Below are positions 51,001 through 64,000 of a stretch of 64,000 nt of DNA, piece after piece; within the stretch, counting starts at the first letter, position 1, and each line of letters starts with the position of its first letter. Origin of the DNA: Seison nebaliae (lineage: Eukaryota); NCBI GenBank assembly GCA_023231475.1, contig JALJEE010000715.1, positions 1-64,000 of the forward strand. The letters are read 5' to 3'. The translations under genes and the position numbers were made by a program. A model generated the notes under the pieces. It had not been told where the DNA came from, did not search any database, and worked only from the letters and a program-made list of their open reading frames with translations.

Positions 51001-53778
51001 TAGCACTCTCTAATTGATATATTTGTCGAATTAAATTTACATTCATTCATTATATCTATTATTGATTGTTCGATCTATTGTATGGCAATTGGCCGGTTAT
51101 ACATATTCAAATACATCATCTCATATATTCCTTCTGAGTCACAGTTAAAGAGAAAGACTCATAGTTTACTTTCATGTTGAACTTGTATTTGTCACACTAG
51201 TTTGTCCAGAGCGAAATCAAACAAACTTTTGTTGACGAGAAACTTTCCTTTTCTTCTGATGAATTGAATAATAATCGCTTATAAATTACTTCATTTATTT
51301 GATGTGAGAAAAATGAAATAAGTTCCTCAATGATGTTGTGCGAATATAAATTGAAAATAATAATCATATATTCAACACATACTCATACTATTACACATCG
51401 GTTATTCTCTCCTGATAGTTCGAGGAATTGATGAATGAATCGATTCCCGTGGAAAAGAAGAGAACACATCTCAACTAATCAATTTAACTGTCACTTATCA
51501 ATACTACTTACCATATATGTGATTCATTCTAGGCTTACTACCAATTAAGAATTAATAAGAAAAATTTATGCAAAAATAATCATTCCTCTTAATTGTTTGT
51601 CCTAATCCAGACAAATTGTGTAATTGAGTTGAAATGTCAATTATCATCATGGAACTTCCACTACGATTCGGTTCAACGATGACTCATACGAATTTCTCAT
51701 ACGGTATGAGAACTAGCAAAATTATTCGAAAGAATTATTTATTATTATTCAAATCATTATTTCAAATATCAAAGTTAAAGTTGAAAATAATAAAACGGAA
51801 ATTTTTAATGTTCTCTACTTAATGGCATCATCAGACTGACCTTCAATTCCCTTAATTGAATTGATTTTCATTTCGGACATGTTCAACTATTCCGACCGTT
51901 TCCACGTCTTATTTGAATTAAAAGTAAATTTGCCAACAGCTCTCTCGTTCTCTCACCCTCTCAGATAAAACAAAAGAAATACCATATGGTGTATTCGATT
52001 GAACTAGTCGATGCTTCTTACAAAGTTAGTTACGATGTCGATGTTAGTTACCAAATGTAATAAATTATTCTGCACCTAACCTCCAATTAATAGACTATTA
52101 GAAGATTTGTTAGTAAACAATTCGACAAACATGAAATATATTTCCGTTTAAATAATCCAACAAACATTTGCCCTTCTCTCCATTCTCTTCTTCTCTCCGA
52201 TCGATACAACTGATGTATTATATTGACTTTTTATCTCCAACAAATGTTGCTTCATCTAACACATCGGTTTGTGCACATCTGATCGAGTAATCAGATGTTT
52301 ATAATTTTTAATTATTCCAATCTCATTACGAAAAGAGAACTGTCATTATATCGAAATTTATTTTCCTGTTCCACAAGCCGCACCACTAAACATGTATGAT
52401 GATATGAGACCTTTGTTTGATGGTGAGAGAGTGGAAGAGAGTTGTTTGGAAAGATTAATAATAAAAAGAAATGTTCATAGAATTGTTGATATTATTTGCA
52501 GTTGGAATATCAATCGACCAATATCAATATATGAAAATAATTTTTATTTGTCTTACATTCTCTTCCACCTCTCCCTACTGGAATGAATGTCTTTTATTTC
52601 TTCAACAATTTATGATAATGACGGAAGAATAGCTCGAAGTGGCAAGGTCAATCAATTCTAGTAGAACACTTACCGAAGAATCAAATAACTTGTCTGATTG
52701 TCATCAACAATTTCACTATATCAAATTCGAATTGAACTTCTTTTGTATTCATGACGATGAACTTATCACAATAGTCGACGTACAATTTCACCTTTTCACC
52801 TTCATCATTCCAATTATCCGCATCATCATGTTTATGAGAGAAAAACCGACAAATTTATTCAAAAATTTCGAAATAACTCCACTTTAATAAAATGTCAAAT
52901 GTCATCGTTACCATCCGAAATTAATTTCGTTTTTAATTTGTCTGGAAAACAGATTTGTTTTCCAAATGATTCGTCTTCGATAAAAAGTTCATTTGTTGGA
53001 AAAAAAAATAAATTGTTTTTCTTTTCAGATGAAGTCATGAGAAAATTAATTAACAACAATCAAGTGTAAAGGTAGTTGCTGTCGTTAATGACGTTCGTCA
53101 CTAATTAAAATTTTTATTGAGAATGTGTAGTGACGTCGAAAGGAAGTTTCCGGAAATGATGATCCTGTGTCCGATTTTCGATAGTGTATCAACAGTATGA
53201 GAGAGACATGAATAAAATTTTAAATCTGCGCATAATTAAAAATGAGGATGATAATAATAATCTGAATATTAATCATGTTAGGAAGGAAAGGTTGTTTGGA
53301 AGCGAATTTAACAGGCCGTCTATTGTAAATTGGCGAAAGATTTCCCAACATTTTTCTTTCATATTTGACTCGGCTTCTATTTCTCCATCTCCCTACCAAT
53401 TACTAAAAGGAAGGACGAAAGAGAAGATTTTAATAAAAAGATAACGTACAACAATCAAATGTTTCGATAGCCGATTCTAATGAATTGGGATGGCATTGAT
53501 TCCATAACGTGATTTCTTCCGTGGATGGAACGAACTCATTTCTGAGGTGCATCAAATATAAGAATCAATTAATCAATCAATTAGTTCCATTACTTTCGAT
53601 TGTTCGTTACTTTAAAGACATAAAGTGTCTTCGTTTCCTCAAATATTCCAATCGGTCTACTCCATTCTCATCTGACGCATCTCTATATAAAGGAGAACTA
53701 AAAGAAAAGCAAATCATCATAATACTCATCTCATCATTCAATCATCGATAGTCTGCCTAGTTTGGGAGAAATACAAAT

Positions 53779-54599
53779 ATGAACAAAATGAATAACTTCC
53801 ACCCTAAAACTACATCAACACCGAAACGTTCCAACAATAAACAAGAGAAAAGAAAGCAAATAAATGATATTCTTGTTCGAATGGAGTCATCTGCCTGTTT
53901 TTGTAACCAAGGAACACAAATGAATCAAGATCGTTTTGATAAGCATCTTTTCTGCAAAAAAATCGCTCACAACTTATACGAGGAACATTTAGTGGAAGAT
54001 ATTGAGTTGAGAAAACGTCGTTTATCCGAATGGCAATCGAGAAACATTTCAAAAAAACTCTCCAATAGTCGAATGTTCGGAATCGATAGTAAACAACAAC
54101 ATTACCGATGGTTACGCGATTTCTTCCGATATTGTCAATTAACTTTCGAACGAATCGATGAAGAATTCGTTCAATATATTTCCGATAACAACATCTGTTT
54201 ACAACACGTCATTTATCACAACGAAAAATTAATTGAACAATTATTAGATTTCCAGACGATGTTACAAAGTTAATTCTTTTTATTCTCCTTTTATTCTATA
54301 TATATTTAAATTTTTCTCTTTCAGAATGGAATCAAAGTTATTTTACCGATTACGCCGATACTCAATATGATACGGTCGATGTTTTGGAAATGTCGACGTT
54401 AAATATTTCAGCTGTTTCAATCCGATTACGAGTTTTATTGTTAGTCCATTCTTTCCTCCTTCTAAACTAATTAATTTTATTCAAATTATTTCTTTTTTTT
54501 ATTTCTAGTAAATCGAATACACAAATATTAAATGCGATGGGTGTTCTGGGATACTTCGACGGATTTCTGACGGAATTGATTGATTTTGGAGAAAAATAA
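53779..54599 (+). CDS. Uncharacterised helical protein (3 exons, 231 aa)
   Basis: Introns 54269-54324 and 54440-54508 (GTT...AG) extend the ORF to ...NAMGVLGYFDGFLTELIDFGEK*. TATA-like TATATAAAG near 53684. Confidence 0.65.
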
Positions 54600-55130
54600 T
54601 TATTTAAACATATTTGAAAGAATTCTTACTAAGTTTCCGAAATAATAAAATAATTTTCTTGTTTTTATTCCCTGGAAATTGTTGGAAAAGACTGCTTCAT
54701 ATTAAATAAACCATTCGGTTAAGTTAACTCAAAATATGTAGGAAGATCATAAGTAGTTGGGCTGAAAGTTGTATATAAATATCAGAAAGAAGAAATTGAG
54801 AAGATGTAAATTGAATTAAAATTTAGCAAAAAAAAAAGAGAAAACAATTTAAATAAGTTTTTTTTTTAAGTGTTCAAATAAAAGGTTGTGTGATGATGTA
54901 GATAAATGACACTGTTCGAATATTACATATCATAATATAAGGAAGGAGGTACACAAAATTAAGAAAGGAAAAGATGGAAAGGAAAAAAAAAGTTAATTGA
55001 CAATAAATTGATCAAATAAATATATAATGATATTTTCTTTAGGAATGTCATTCATTTGATTTTTTAGGAACAGTGCACTCATTATGCACCGATCTTCCTT
55101 ACAATTTTGGGCAATCATCAAAAGCTGAGA

Positions 55131-55985
<855 letters not shown>

Positions 55986-56041
55986 TCATAAAAATATTAT
56001 CTGTTCAATAATTAAATTAATAAAATGATAATAAATAATAA

Positions 56042-57325
56042 TTATTCATATTCTTTTTTGATGATTTTACCAATCGTATTTAATTGCATATTTGATGTCC
56101 CTTCATAAATAGTCCCGATTTTCGCATCTCTAAAATATTTCTCCACTTCATAATCCTCCGTAAATCCAACACCTCCCATCCAATCGATACATTTCCTAGT
56201 GACATCTCCCGCCATTTCCGACGCATAATATTTCGCCATAGCGGCCTCTTTCACAAAACTCATTCCAGCTTCCTTCCTCCTCGCTGCGTCATAAACGATT
56301 AATCGTGCCGCATAAATATCAGTCGCTGCTTTCGATATTTCATGTTGGATCGCTTGAAAATCATAAATTTGTTGACCAAATTGTTTCCTCTCCAAAGTAT
56401 ATTTAACAGCTCGATCATAAGCACCTTGTGCAACTCCCACCATTTGAGCACCGATTCCAATTCGACTTTCATTGAGAAGAGAAATGGCCAATTTATATCC
56501 ATTTCCAACTTGATCGATTAATCGATTTTCTGGAATGAAACAATTATCCAATGTCACCATACATGTCGATGATGCTTTCAATCCTAATTTCTTCTCTGGC
56601 TCTCCAACTATCACACCAGTTTTCTTTCCATTTTCCATATTAATATCATCACGTTCAACTAAAAAACAAGTTATTCCTCGATATCCTTTTTCAGGCATCG
56701 CATTCGCCATAACTAGAAAGAGATTGGCTTCTGCTGCTCCACTAATCCAACATTTCGTTCCATTCAATTTAAATCCTGATTCACCTTTATATACAACTTT
56801 CTCTGCTTTCGTTTTCAATGCAAAAGCATCGCTACCGGTTGATGGTTCAGAAACACAAAATGAACAGACAGTTTCATTAACCATTTTTGGGAGGTAAATC
56901 TCTTTCTGCCAATCATTTCCATAATTTGTAAGAACCATGGTGGATAATGCATTTTGAATATCGATTAATCCACCAAATGATGCGTCAACCTGTGAAACGG
57001 ATTCAATTGCTAAAATGGTTGAAGTGAATGAAGCATTTGATCCTCCATATTTCTCTTCGACTTCTATTCCTAATAAACCCGATTCGAATATCTTCTTGAG
57101 AACTGATGATTTCATTTTTCTATTCTTGTCCATTTCGTGCACGAATGGTGCAATCTCCTCTTGTGCTATCTTCAATGCCATGTCACGCATCATCTCCTCA
57201 TCTTCGGAGAAGATGGTGAGTGGAGGATGTCCTTCTACAACGCCACAACTCCTACATTGTTTGGATGAAGAGAAATTGCGTTTGACAATTGTCTTCAATT
57301 GATTTCGAAGAATTTGCGGGAACAT
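56042..57325 (-). CDS. ACADSB: Short/branched-chain acyl-CoA dehydrogenase, mitochondrial (intronless CDS)
   Basis: SFCVSEPSTGSDAFALKT, KLGLKASSTC, RIGIGAQMVG, CIDWMGGVGFT, EKYFRDAKIGTIYEGTSNMQL. Confidence 0.93.
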   Translation of the reverse strand: MFPQILRNQLKTIVKRNFSSSKQCRSCGVVEGHPPLTIFSEDEEMMRDMALKIAQEEIAPFVHEMDKNRKMKSSVLKKIFESGLLGIEVEEKYGGSNASFTSTILAIESVSQVDASFGGLIDIQNALSTMVLTNYGNDWQKEIYLPKMVNETVCSFCVSEPSTGSDAFALKTKAEKVVYKGESGFKLNGTKCWISGAAEANLFLVMANAMPEKGYRGITCFLVERDDINMENGKKTGVIVGEPEKKLGLKASSTCMVTLDNCFIPENRLIDQVGNGYKLAISLLNESRIGIGAQMVGVAQGAYDRAVKYTLERKQFGQQIYDFQAIQHEISKAATDIYAARLIVYDAARRKEAGMSFVKEAAMAKYYASEMAGDVTRKCIDWMGGVGFTEDYEVEKYFRDAKIGTIYEGTSNMQLNTIGKIIKKEYE

Positions 57326-57829
57326 CTGCTACAAGTGACAAACACACAAAAACACATAATTTCCACATTGATGAAAATAGAGAGAATAACAAATTTCTTT
57401 CTTAACAATAATGACTTGTTGAGAAGAAGATTCAGTAATTTATAAATTCGAATTGTTCTCGCTTACACGTTGGAAGTGAATTTTTTTTTTTGAGAAAAGA
57501 ATAAACATGTGAACGAATCTGCAAATCTTTTATTTAGAATAAAAATGAATAATAATTATTTCCCTCAATTGGAGGATGAACTTAATGAAAATATTTCAAA
57601 TATTTCACAGAAAATTTATTGTACTAATTTCTCCTTCTCCTCCTAATTTCTGTAGTAGGTAAACAGAATTAAATGACTCTTTCAATACTTATTTGTTTAT
57701 TTCCATCTATATAAAATTCCAATTCAACATTCAACTCCTTCAAATGAATTTATTCATCAAAATCTAATTCAAAATTTTCGCTTCAGAGATAATAAATAAA
57801 TTCTGCATTTTCATCCCCAAATACAAGTG

Positions 57830-57997
57830 ATGGGTCTGACGGAAACATTCTTCATTTTTGTCACGGGTCTCTACACCGGATTCTATTTAATGCAGAAAGG
57901 CAAAGTCCCACCAATCGCACAACACCCAACTTTCTTCCGACAACAATTAGCGAAAATGACAAACAAATTACAAAAGAATCTTTCAGAAAAAAAATAA
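57830..57997 (+). CDS. STMP1: STMP1-like mitochondrial microprotein (55 aa; not in ORF track)
   Basis: MGLTETFFIFVTGLYTGFYLMQKGKVPPIAQ... matches the family pattern F-x-x-G-x3-G-x-Y-L-x-Q-x3-(V/I)P, with a basic tail. Confidence 0.7.
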   Translation: MGLTETFFIFVTGLYTGFYLMQKGKVPPIAQHPTFFRQQLAKMTNKLQKNLSEKK

Positions 57998-60900
57998 ATC
58001 AAATCTTTCTCCAAATCATCACTAGACTGATAATTATCATTTCTTTCTCCACAACCAATTTTTCACAGTTCGTTTCAATTCGGTTCGTTTAATGCAGTTT
58101 TCCTACAGAGAATATATCAGGAAAATTTTTATTTTTTTAAAAACTACTTTTAAAACATGTTGAAACATTTTTATTTTCCGCTTTTTCTTTTTCTTTTATT
58201 CTATTAATTATTCAATTAATTAATTAAAGAAGATGGGAAATATTCTTATTCGTTTATAAATAAAATTTTTTAGAAAGTTAATAAAATATTTTAAATGTTA
58301 TTTACTTTCAAATTTCTTACTTTTTATAACAAAATTTAAAATGTTGTTAATTCTATTCACATGAAACTGAAACTCGGAAAATTTAATGGATTAAATTGAT
58401 TTAGTTGTAGAATAGGAAAAGTTTTTGTTTGAATAATAATGAAAAGTTATTTATCTGGAACTTTTTATTGGGTCGGGTCGAGATATGTTTCCTGGTAAGA
58501 TATTGGGAATGATAACGACGAAAGGAATAAATAAAGGAATGGATTGAGGATGTCGACGATTTGATTTAGTAGAAGGAAATTAAATGATGGGGAACGAGTA
58601 AGGAAAAGATTTTTCGGAAATGGGAACATGTTTGTTAGATAGATCAGAGTTTATTATCGGAAATCAATCATTTACCAATTCCATCTAGTAATGCACCTGT
58701 AAATTATGGGAAAACATTATCATCCGTTTCAAATCGGAAGAGAATGAATGAACTATAAAAAAAACTATTGAAATTGTTTTATAACTTTAATATGCATTTC
58801 GTTCAATGCATCGTTAACAATGCGATAGATAAGATTTGGTGGTAGTTTGGTGAGAAGAGAAATGAATTGGGGATAAAATATTGAAAGAAAAAAAATTAAT
58901 TTTCTTAATTTCTTTGCGGCAATTACGCTACTAATGTGTATGGTGGTGAGTCATATGATTTGAAAGATTATACGGTTTGCAAGTAACAATTCTTGCATAG
59001 ACAAATATATTGAGTTTTCTTCAATAATTCCGATGGCACACATGGATGGAATGAAGGACACGAATCAAATGGAACTTTTTTTTTCTTAGGAATTCTTCAA
59101 AATCGGTAATGTATCGAAGAAGAGTGGGAAGGGAAAAGGAACTGGAGTTAATGGATTGGATTGAATGTATATTTGGGTTGTATCGTTTTGGATCGATTAA
59201 TGTCCTTCGTATATCGGCATTCGAACGAAATTATCCATGTCATTGTCATTAAATTAGCCAATTATGAAAGCAATTCGTAATTGGGTATATGTTTATCTAT
59301 CTCTCCAATGATTTCTATGACTATATCGACTATGTACGGATTGACGGATAAGGATTTATCAATTTATTATTATTAGTTTCTCTTTCTCTCTCTCTCTCTG
59401 TGTGTGTATGCGGATAGATGGAAGATAGGATGTTTGTCTAGATACCATGGAATATGGAATCAATTGACTGTTATGTGAGGAGATTGAGCTGATTGAAGAG
59501 ATTCATGCAATCATAACTTGAGAAACTATCAATAACTGGAAAATAATTGAGAATTATTCTTGACGATTCTCTCATGATTTGAGATGAGTATATAACATCT
59601 CGTTTATTAAAAGGGAATGAAACGGAATTACGGAAATATATCGAAGGAAACATATCATCCCCGAAATTGAAGAGAAAGCACAACAGCAGCAGTAGCATCA
59701 ATAGTAGTAGTCGTAACATCAGCGATATAATATGTGTGGAGAAAGAAGAAGATAAGAGTTTCTTTATTGAGAGAAATATAAACATCGTTATATTTTTGGG
59801 ACGACGATCTATCATCGATAAATTCCTATTTCAATTTCGCTATTCAATACTACAGAATCTCGTCAGTATCTATCTGTTCATATTCTTCGTTCTATCTCTC
59901 GTTATGACGAAGAGAATTTTCAATTTACTTACTTTCTAAAATCAATTTATTCGCTCTCCTTCCTGCATTCCCCCCCCACGATTGATAGATAGAACGACTC
60001 TTTATCCTCATCCCATTCATCCTTCATTTTCCTCATTATGATCTGAGAGAGAGTTGAAGGAATGTGGAATGAGTACGATCGTCAATTTAGATGTACCTGA
60101 TGGAAATGAAATTTGGAAGTATATGAATGAATCGATATCCGTTCTATAATTAAACGATGACGAAGGTTCGATTCGATACACGATTTATCTGATTGCTTAG
60201 AGGCAGATAGTTGATAGAGAATTAACTTTCTTTCCATCATTTTTTGAGACATTCTACGAAAAACTTCCTCATTTCAATCCAATCCGAATTATTCCTCGAG
60301 ATATCGTCATCATTCTAATCAGAGATGACTGATTCGCCGTCGAGTGTTTGTTTTGCTTATACGATGAATTGTCTAGGAGAGAAGTGGAAAATCTAATCAA
60401 TTAGCATTTCATAATCGACAAACAAATGATGATAAGTGTCTGTGAACTTCATCAAATGAATTCCACTTAATTTGTTTACTATTAATTTCCAGTTGATATT
60501 CTTACTCCTTCTTTTGTTGTTCTTCTTTCACTTACTGTCTACAACATACCACCGCACTTACGTCTAGTTCATTCCTCAAGAGAATGGCAGAGTTTTGAAA
60601 AGAAAATATTTGTCGATTATTCACCAACCAATTTCGTCAGCAATTGTGGTTGATGAAGAGAAATTGTTAAACATAAAATTATAAACTTTATGTAAATTTT
60701 TTATTAAAAGAATTCAATTCAACATTCAAAAATCCGAAGATTTTTAGTTAATATTATCATCATGAAAATCATCATCTTTTCATTCATGAGAATGGAATGA
60801 GACAGAATGACGACATATAAGTATATAGATAGATAGTGGTAATAAAGTTGAAAGAATGACTGTGATTGGGAGGAAATATTTAAATTCCTCCTTGTAGCTT

Positions 60901-63900
60901 CAAATAAATGGTTAATAGAAAATTTCCAATGAATCGATGATACAATTTCTTTTCTTCTTCCACATTCCTCCTTCCCCTTTCAAAAGAAATTATTGAGTGT
61001 ATGAGCATCATCATTTCTCATGAATCGAACCTCATCTGTGTCTTGTGCTCATCGATGAGGCTCATCTTCCGCTTCTGTACACATCTTAACACACTCTGAC
61101 ATTTTCTTATGACATCTGACAACCAACTCGATTTTTCCTTTTCTTCATTAAACCATCATCTATCTAATCGTGAAGTCTGTCACCAAACTCAAGAACTCCT
61201 ACGACGATCGAAAACAACCATATCGTTCCCACTACATCGCTTACCCAACAATCGTAGATGGATAGACGAATATATTTATGGAAATAAAGATGATCGTTCA
61301 CTTTCTCTGCATTTCACATACGATGTCTAACATTTATTCCCCTGACATCGTGTACCTGTTGGAGGAGGGGCTGAGTGGGATAGGAAGTTAAAATACTGAC
61401 ATTTTACATAAATAACTTGAACCGTTTCATTTCCTTTGATTTTTTTTTAATATTATAAACAAGCATTCGTCATTAACAGAACATTCATCGTTCTCTTAAA
61501 TTCGCTCATCCATCTCTCACATGGAGAAGATTTTTTAAATTGGAAATATATGAGAAAGGAATGAGGTCACATAAATGTAATACTATTTTGAATGCATCTC
61601 TCTTTCTAGATATTAAACGTATCGATGAGATGCGGTCGAGACGATAACTAATCGAATATAATTTTCTTTTTCGCCGCATCTTACGAATACCATAAGAAAA
61701 AACAGAATTCAACGCTAATGTCGAATAAATGATGTAAGATCATCTCATTAACGATGATACCGATATCGTTCCAAGATACACGTTAAGAACAGCAGACATT
61801 CATTCATTAACAATTCGTCTTCATATTTAACGATTGAATTTTTTATATTCTCCTACCAGTTTCTTCTGCTTCACTTTCGACGCTGCTGTTCAACTCGGCT
61901 GGGATGGACGAGTGAGTCGAAACGTTCCATATTGTTTATAGAAGGGTATTCACCACATCATCGGTGGTAGTCTGATGATGTAGTTCATTAGGTGATCGTT
62001 AGAACTGAATAATATGCTTCTAATATCGAACCGATCAACTTCCGATTGGGAGAACATGTGCTACTAATCCATTAAATTCTTTAATTCATATTATTCTCAT
62101 TCCACACAAAAATAAAATCATTAAGCTTACGTCAAATAAATGTAACGTTGATATGGCAATGAGGAGAGGAGGAGAATTGATGTTTAAAATAATTGTATTT
62201 CAATTAATCGTAGTCATATGTCGTGGAAAGTTTTCATAATCGATTGGATTTTAATTGTAACCAGACCGTTTCCACCGACTCCACATTATCATTATTGATA
62301 ATTTATTAATAAATGTGGAACGAAAACAAATGATTCAAATGATTATGATGATGATGATTTAACTTCCATCCTCACAAAGGGGAAAATTTTTAAGTTATTT
62401 ATTTTAAATCTTCAGGAAAACATGTAAATGCCTGAGAGTGAGCAGAACGATTCCTTCCACCATTTAATTGTTCGAAGAGGACAAAAGGAAATCTTATAAT
62501 TGTGTAAACTTTTTCCATAATGCCAGTTTAGTTGAATTGAATGAGGAAGACTCATGCAGACTCATTCGCCTATCTCTAATCATGTTAATACCGTCAAGAG
62601 AATTGACAGCGGGATACTACAGTTACCATTGTCGTCTTTCCATCTCCCGCCACATATTACGAATCGAAATTTATTCACCTAATGGTAAGTCTCCTATTCA
62701 TATTATCATTTTCCTTTATCATCATTATTATCATCTAAATATCTTCTCTCCACAAGAGAAAAAGAAGAAGTTATTCAGCTTCCGAAAATCTCAGAAATAT
62801 CGATTCCTTATGCCGATTGTTAATTGAAAATGTTTCTCGTATCATTATCTGATTATTATATAACTTTCTGATTGTTCATATATCATTTCTACTCGTCTCA
62901 TTCTCCACGACTGTGCAACCGAAAACTTTTACTTTCGGGATTCTTTAAGTTCATTTTTCTCTCGTTATTCGTCGTTTCCTCTATCTCAAAAAAGAAAGCC
63001 CCGATATCATCGATACGTCATTCATGGTTAAGTAGTGGAAAACCGAAAAAACGAAAGAATCTTTCAAAATTGTGTTACTAATCAACTCAAATGATCGAGA
63101 GAAAAACGTCAAGAAAAGTTTTCATTTCGTCTTCCCAATGTCTTCATTTTCGTGTATGAGAAATGTTTGTTGGTTTGGAGGTTGGAAATAGTTTATTTTC
63201 TCCTCACATACCTCCCCCACACAACTCAACTTCAATCACTTTCATTGAGATTTAAATTGTCTGAACAATTTCGAGAATTTCCCGACGTTCATTTTGATGG
63301 ATTATTTTCTTCTGCTTATTTCATCAACATACTCATGCGAATTAGGTTGAATTTCTTTTCTTTACAGTACAAACAGACCGTTTGTTCCGCTACCCAAACA
63401 ACGCTCGTAAGATAAAGTAGTAGAAGAATGAAGTGAATGTGTAAATGAAATGAAAAAGAATCAGTCATCTTTCATCAAACTTTCATGCTCGACAATCGAA
63501 CATGCTCGATTGTTCATTCGATCATTAATTATTATTGTTGACGGTCTTCATCGTCACTTATGCGATGTGAGACGACATTATTTCACATCACGATAAACTG
63601 AATTATAATTCTTTCCAGTTCAGACTCATCCATTATCCAAAACATGAAAGATATTATTATTATTATTATTATTCTCTTCTTCTTCTTGTGATTAGTAAAG
63701 TATTAATCAACTGAATGAACAGGAAGTGATCATATCCACTAATTTCTTATACGTATCCTAAGGCAACAACGAACAAGATGACGAGTATTTTACGCGAGTC
63801 ATATTAACGTTCAAATAGATAATAAATTCGAATCGAAACAGTTTAGCGATAAAACGAATTTTGTGTTTAGCACCAGAATTGCCGCTATCATCTTCATCAT

Positions 63901-63919
63901 CAGAAGAAGAAGAAGTGAA

Positions 63920-64000
63920 TTAATTCTTTCTTTGAACAATCCCATTTGCCATTGCATAAGATGTTGGTGGGAGAGATTGTTTTCCATCATCTGTCGTCCC
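63920..64000 (-). CDS. Possible 3' end of a gene entering from the window edge
   Basis: Open frame GTTDDGKQSLPPTSYAMANGIVQRKN* with coding-like composition. Too short to identify. Confidence 0.25.
   Translation of the reverse strand, partial: GTTDDGKQSLPPTSYAMANGIVQRKN

Noticed and set aside
51532..51575. GGCTTACTACCAATTAAG, loosely like a rotifer spliced leader
   Set aside because: Partial match only, no following GT donor and no convincing Sm site or stem-loops.

Overview
A very AT-rich, gene-compact animal (metazoan) genomic window; the species cannot be fixed from sequence alone. About 17 protein-coding genes can be reconstructed: cyclin D, Arp2, a tetraspanin-like protein, radial spoke head RSPH4/6, two galectins, a secreted Gly/Met-repeat protein, a 5-exon EMI-like gene absent from the ORF track, a split bHLH factor, NDUFB2, an X-box-associated orphan, a ~1600-aa Ras-like protein, a Kazal/Ig FSTL4/5-like protein, an orphan, Rab2, ACADSB and an STMP1-like microprotein. 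There are also transposon relics. The strongest signal is the splicing code. All 26 coding introns I reconstructed by hand are 41-69 nt and begin GTT, with little conservation at +4 to +6, and nearby canonical GTAAG/GTATG sites give frameshifts or stops. This points to a re-wired 5' splice-site recognition system. Other highlights: both galectins end in CaaX prenylation motifs, the bHLH has a ~300-aa loop between its helices, and ACADSB-Rab2 looks like a trans-spliced operon. All gene models are manual inferences without RNA evidence.
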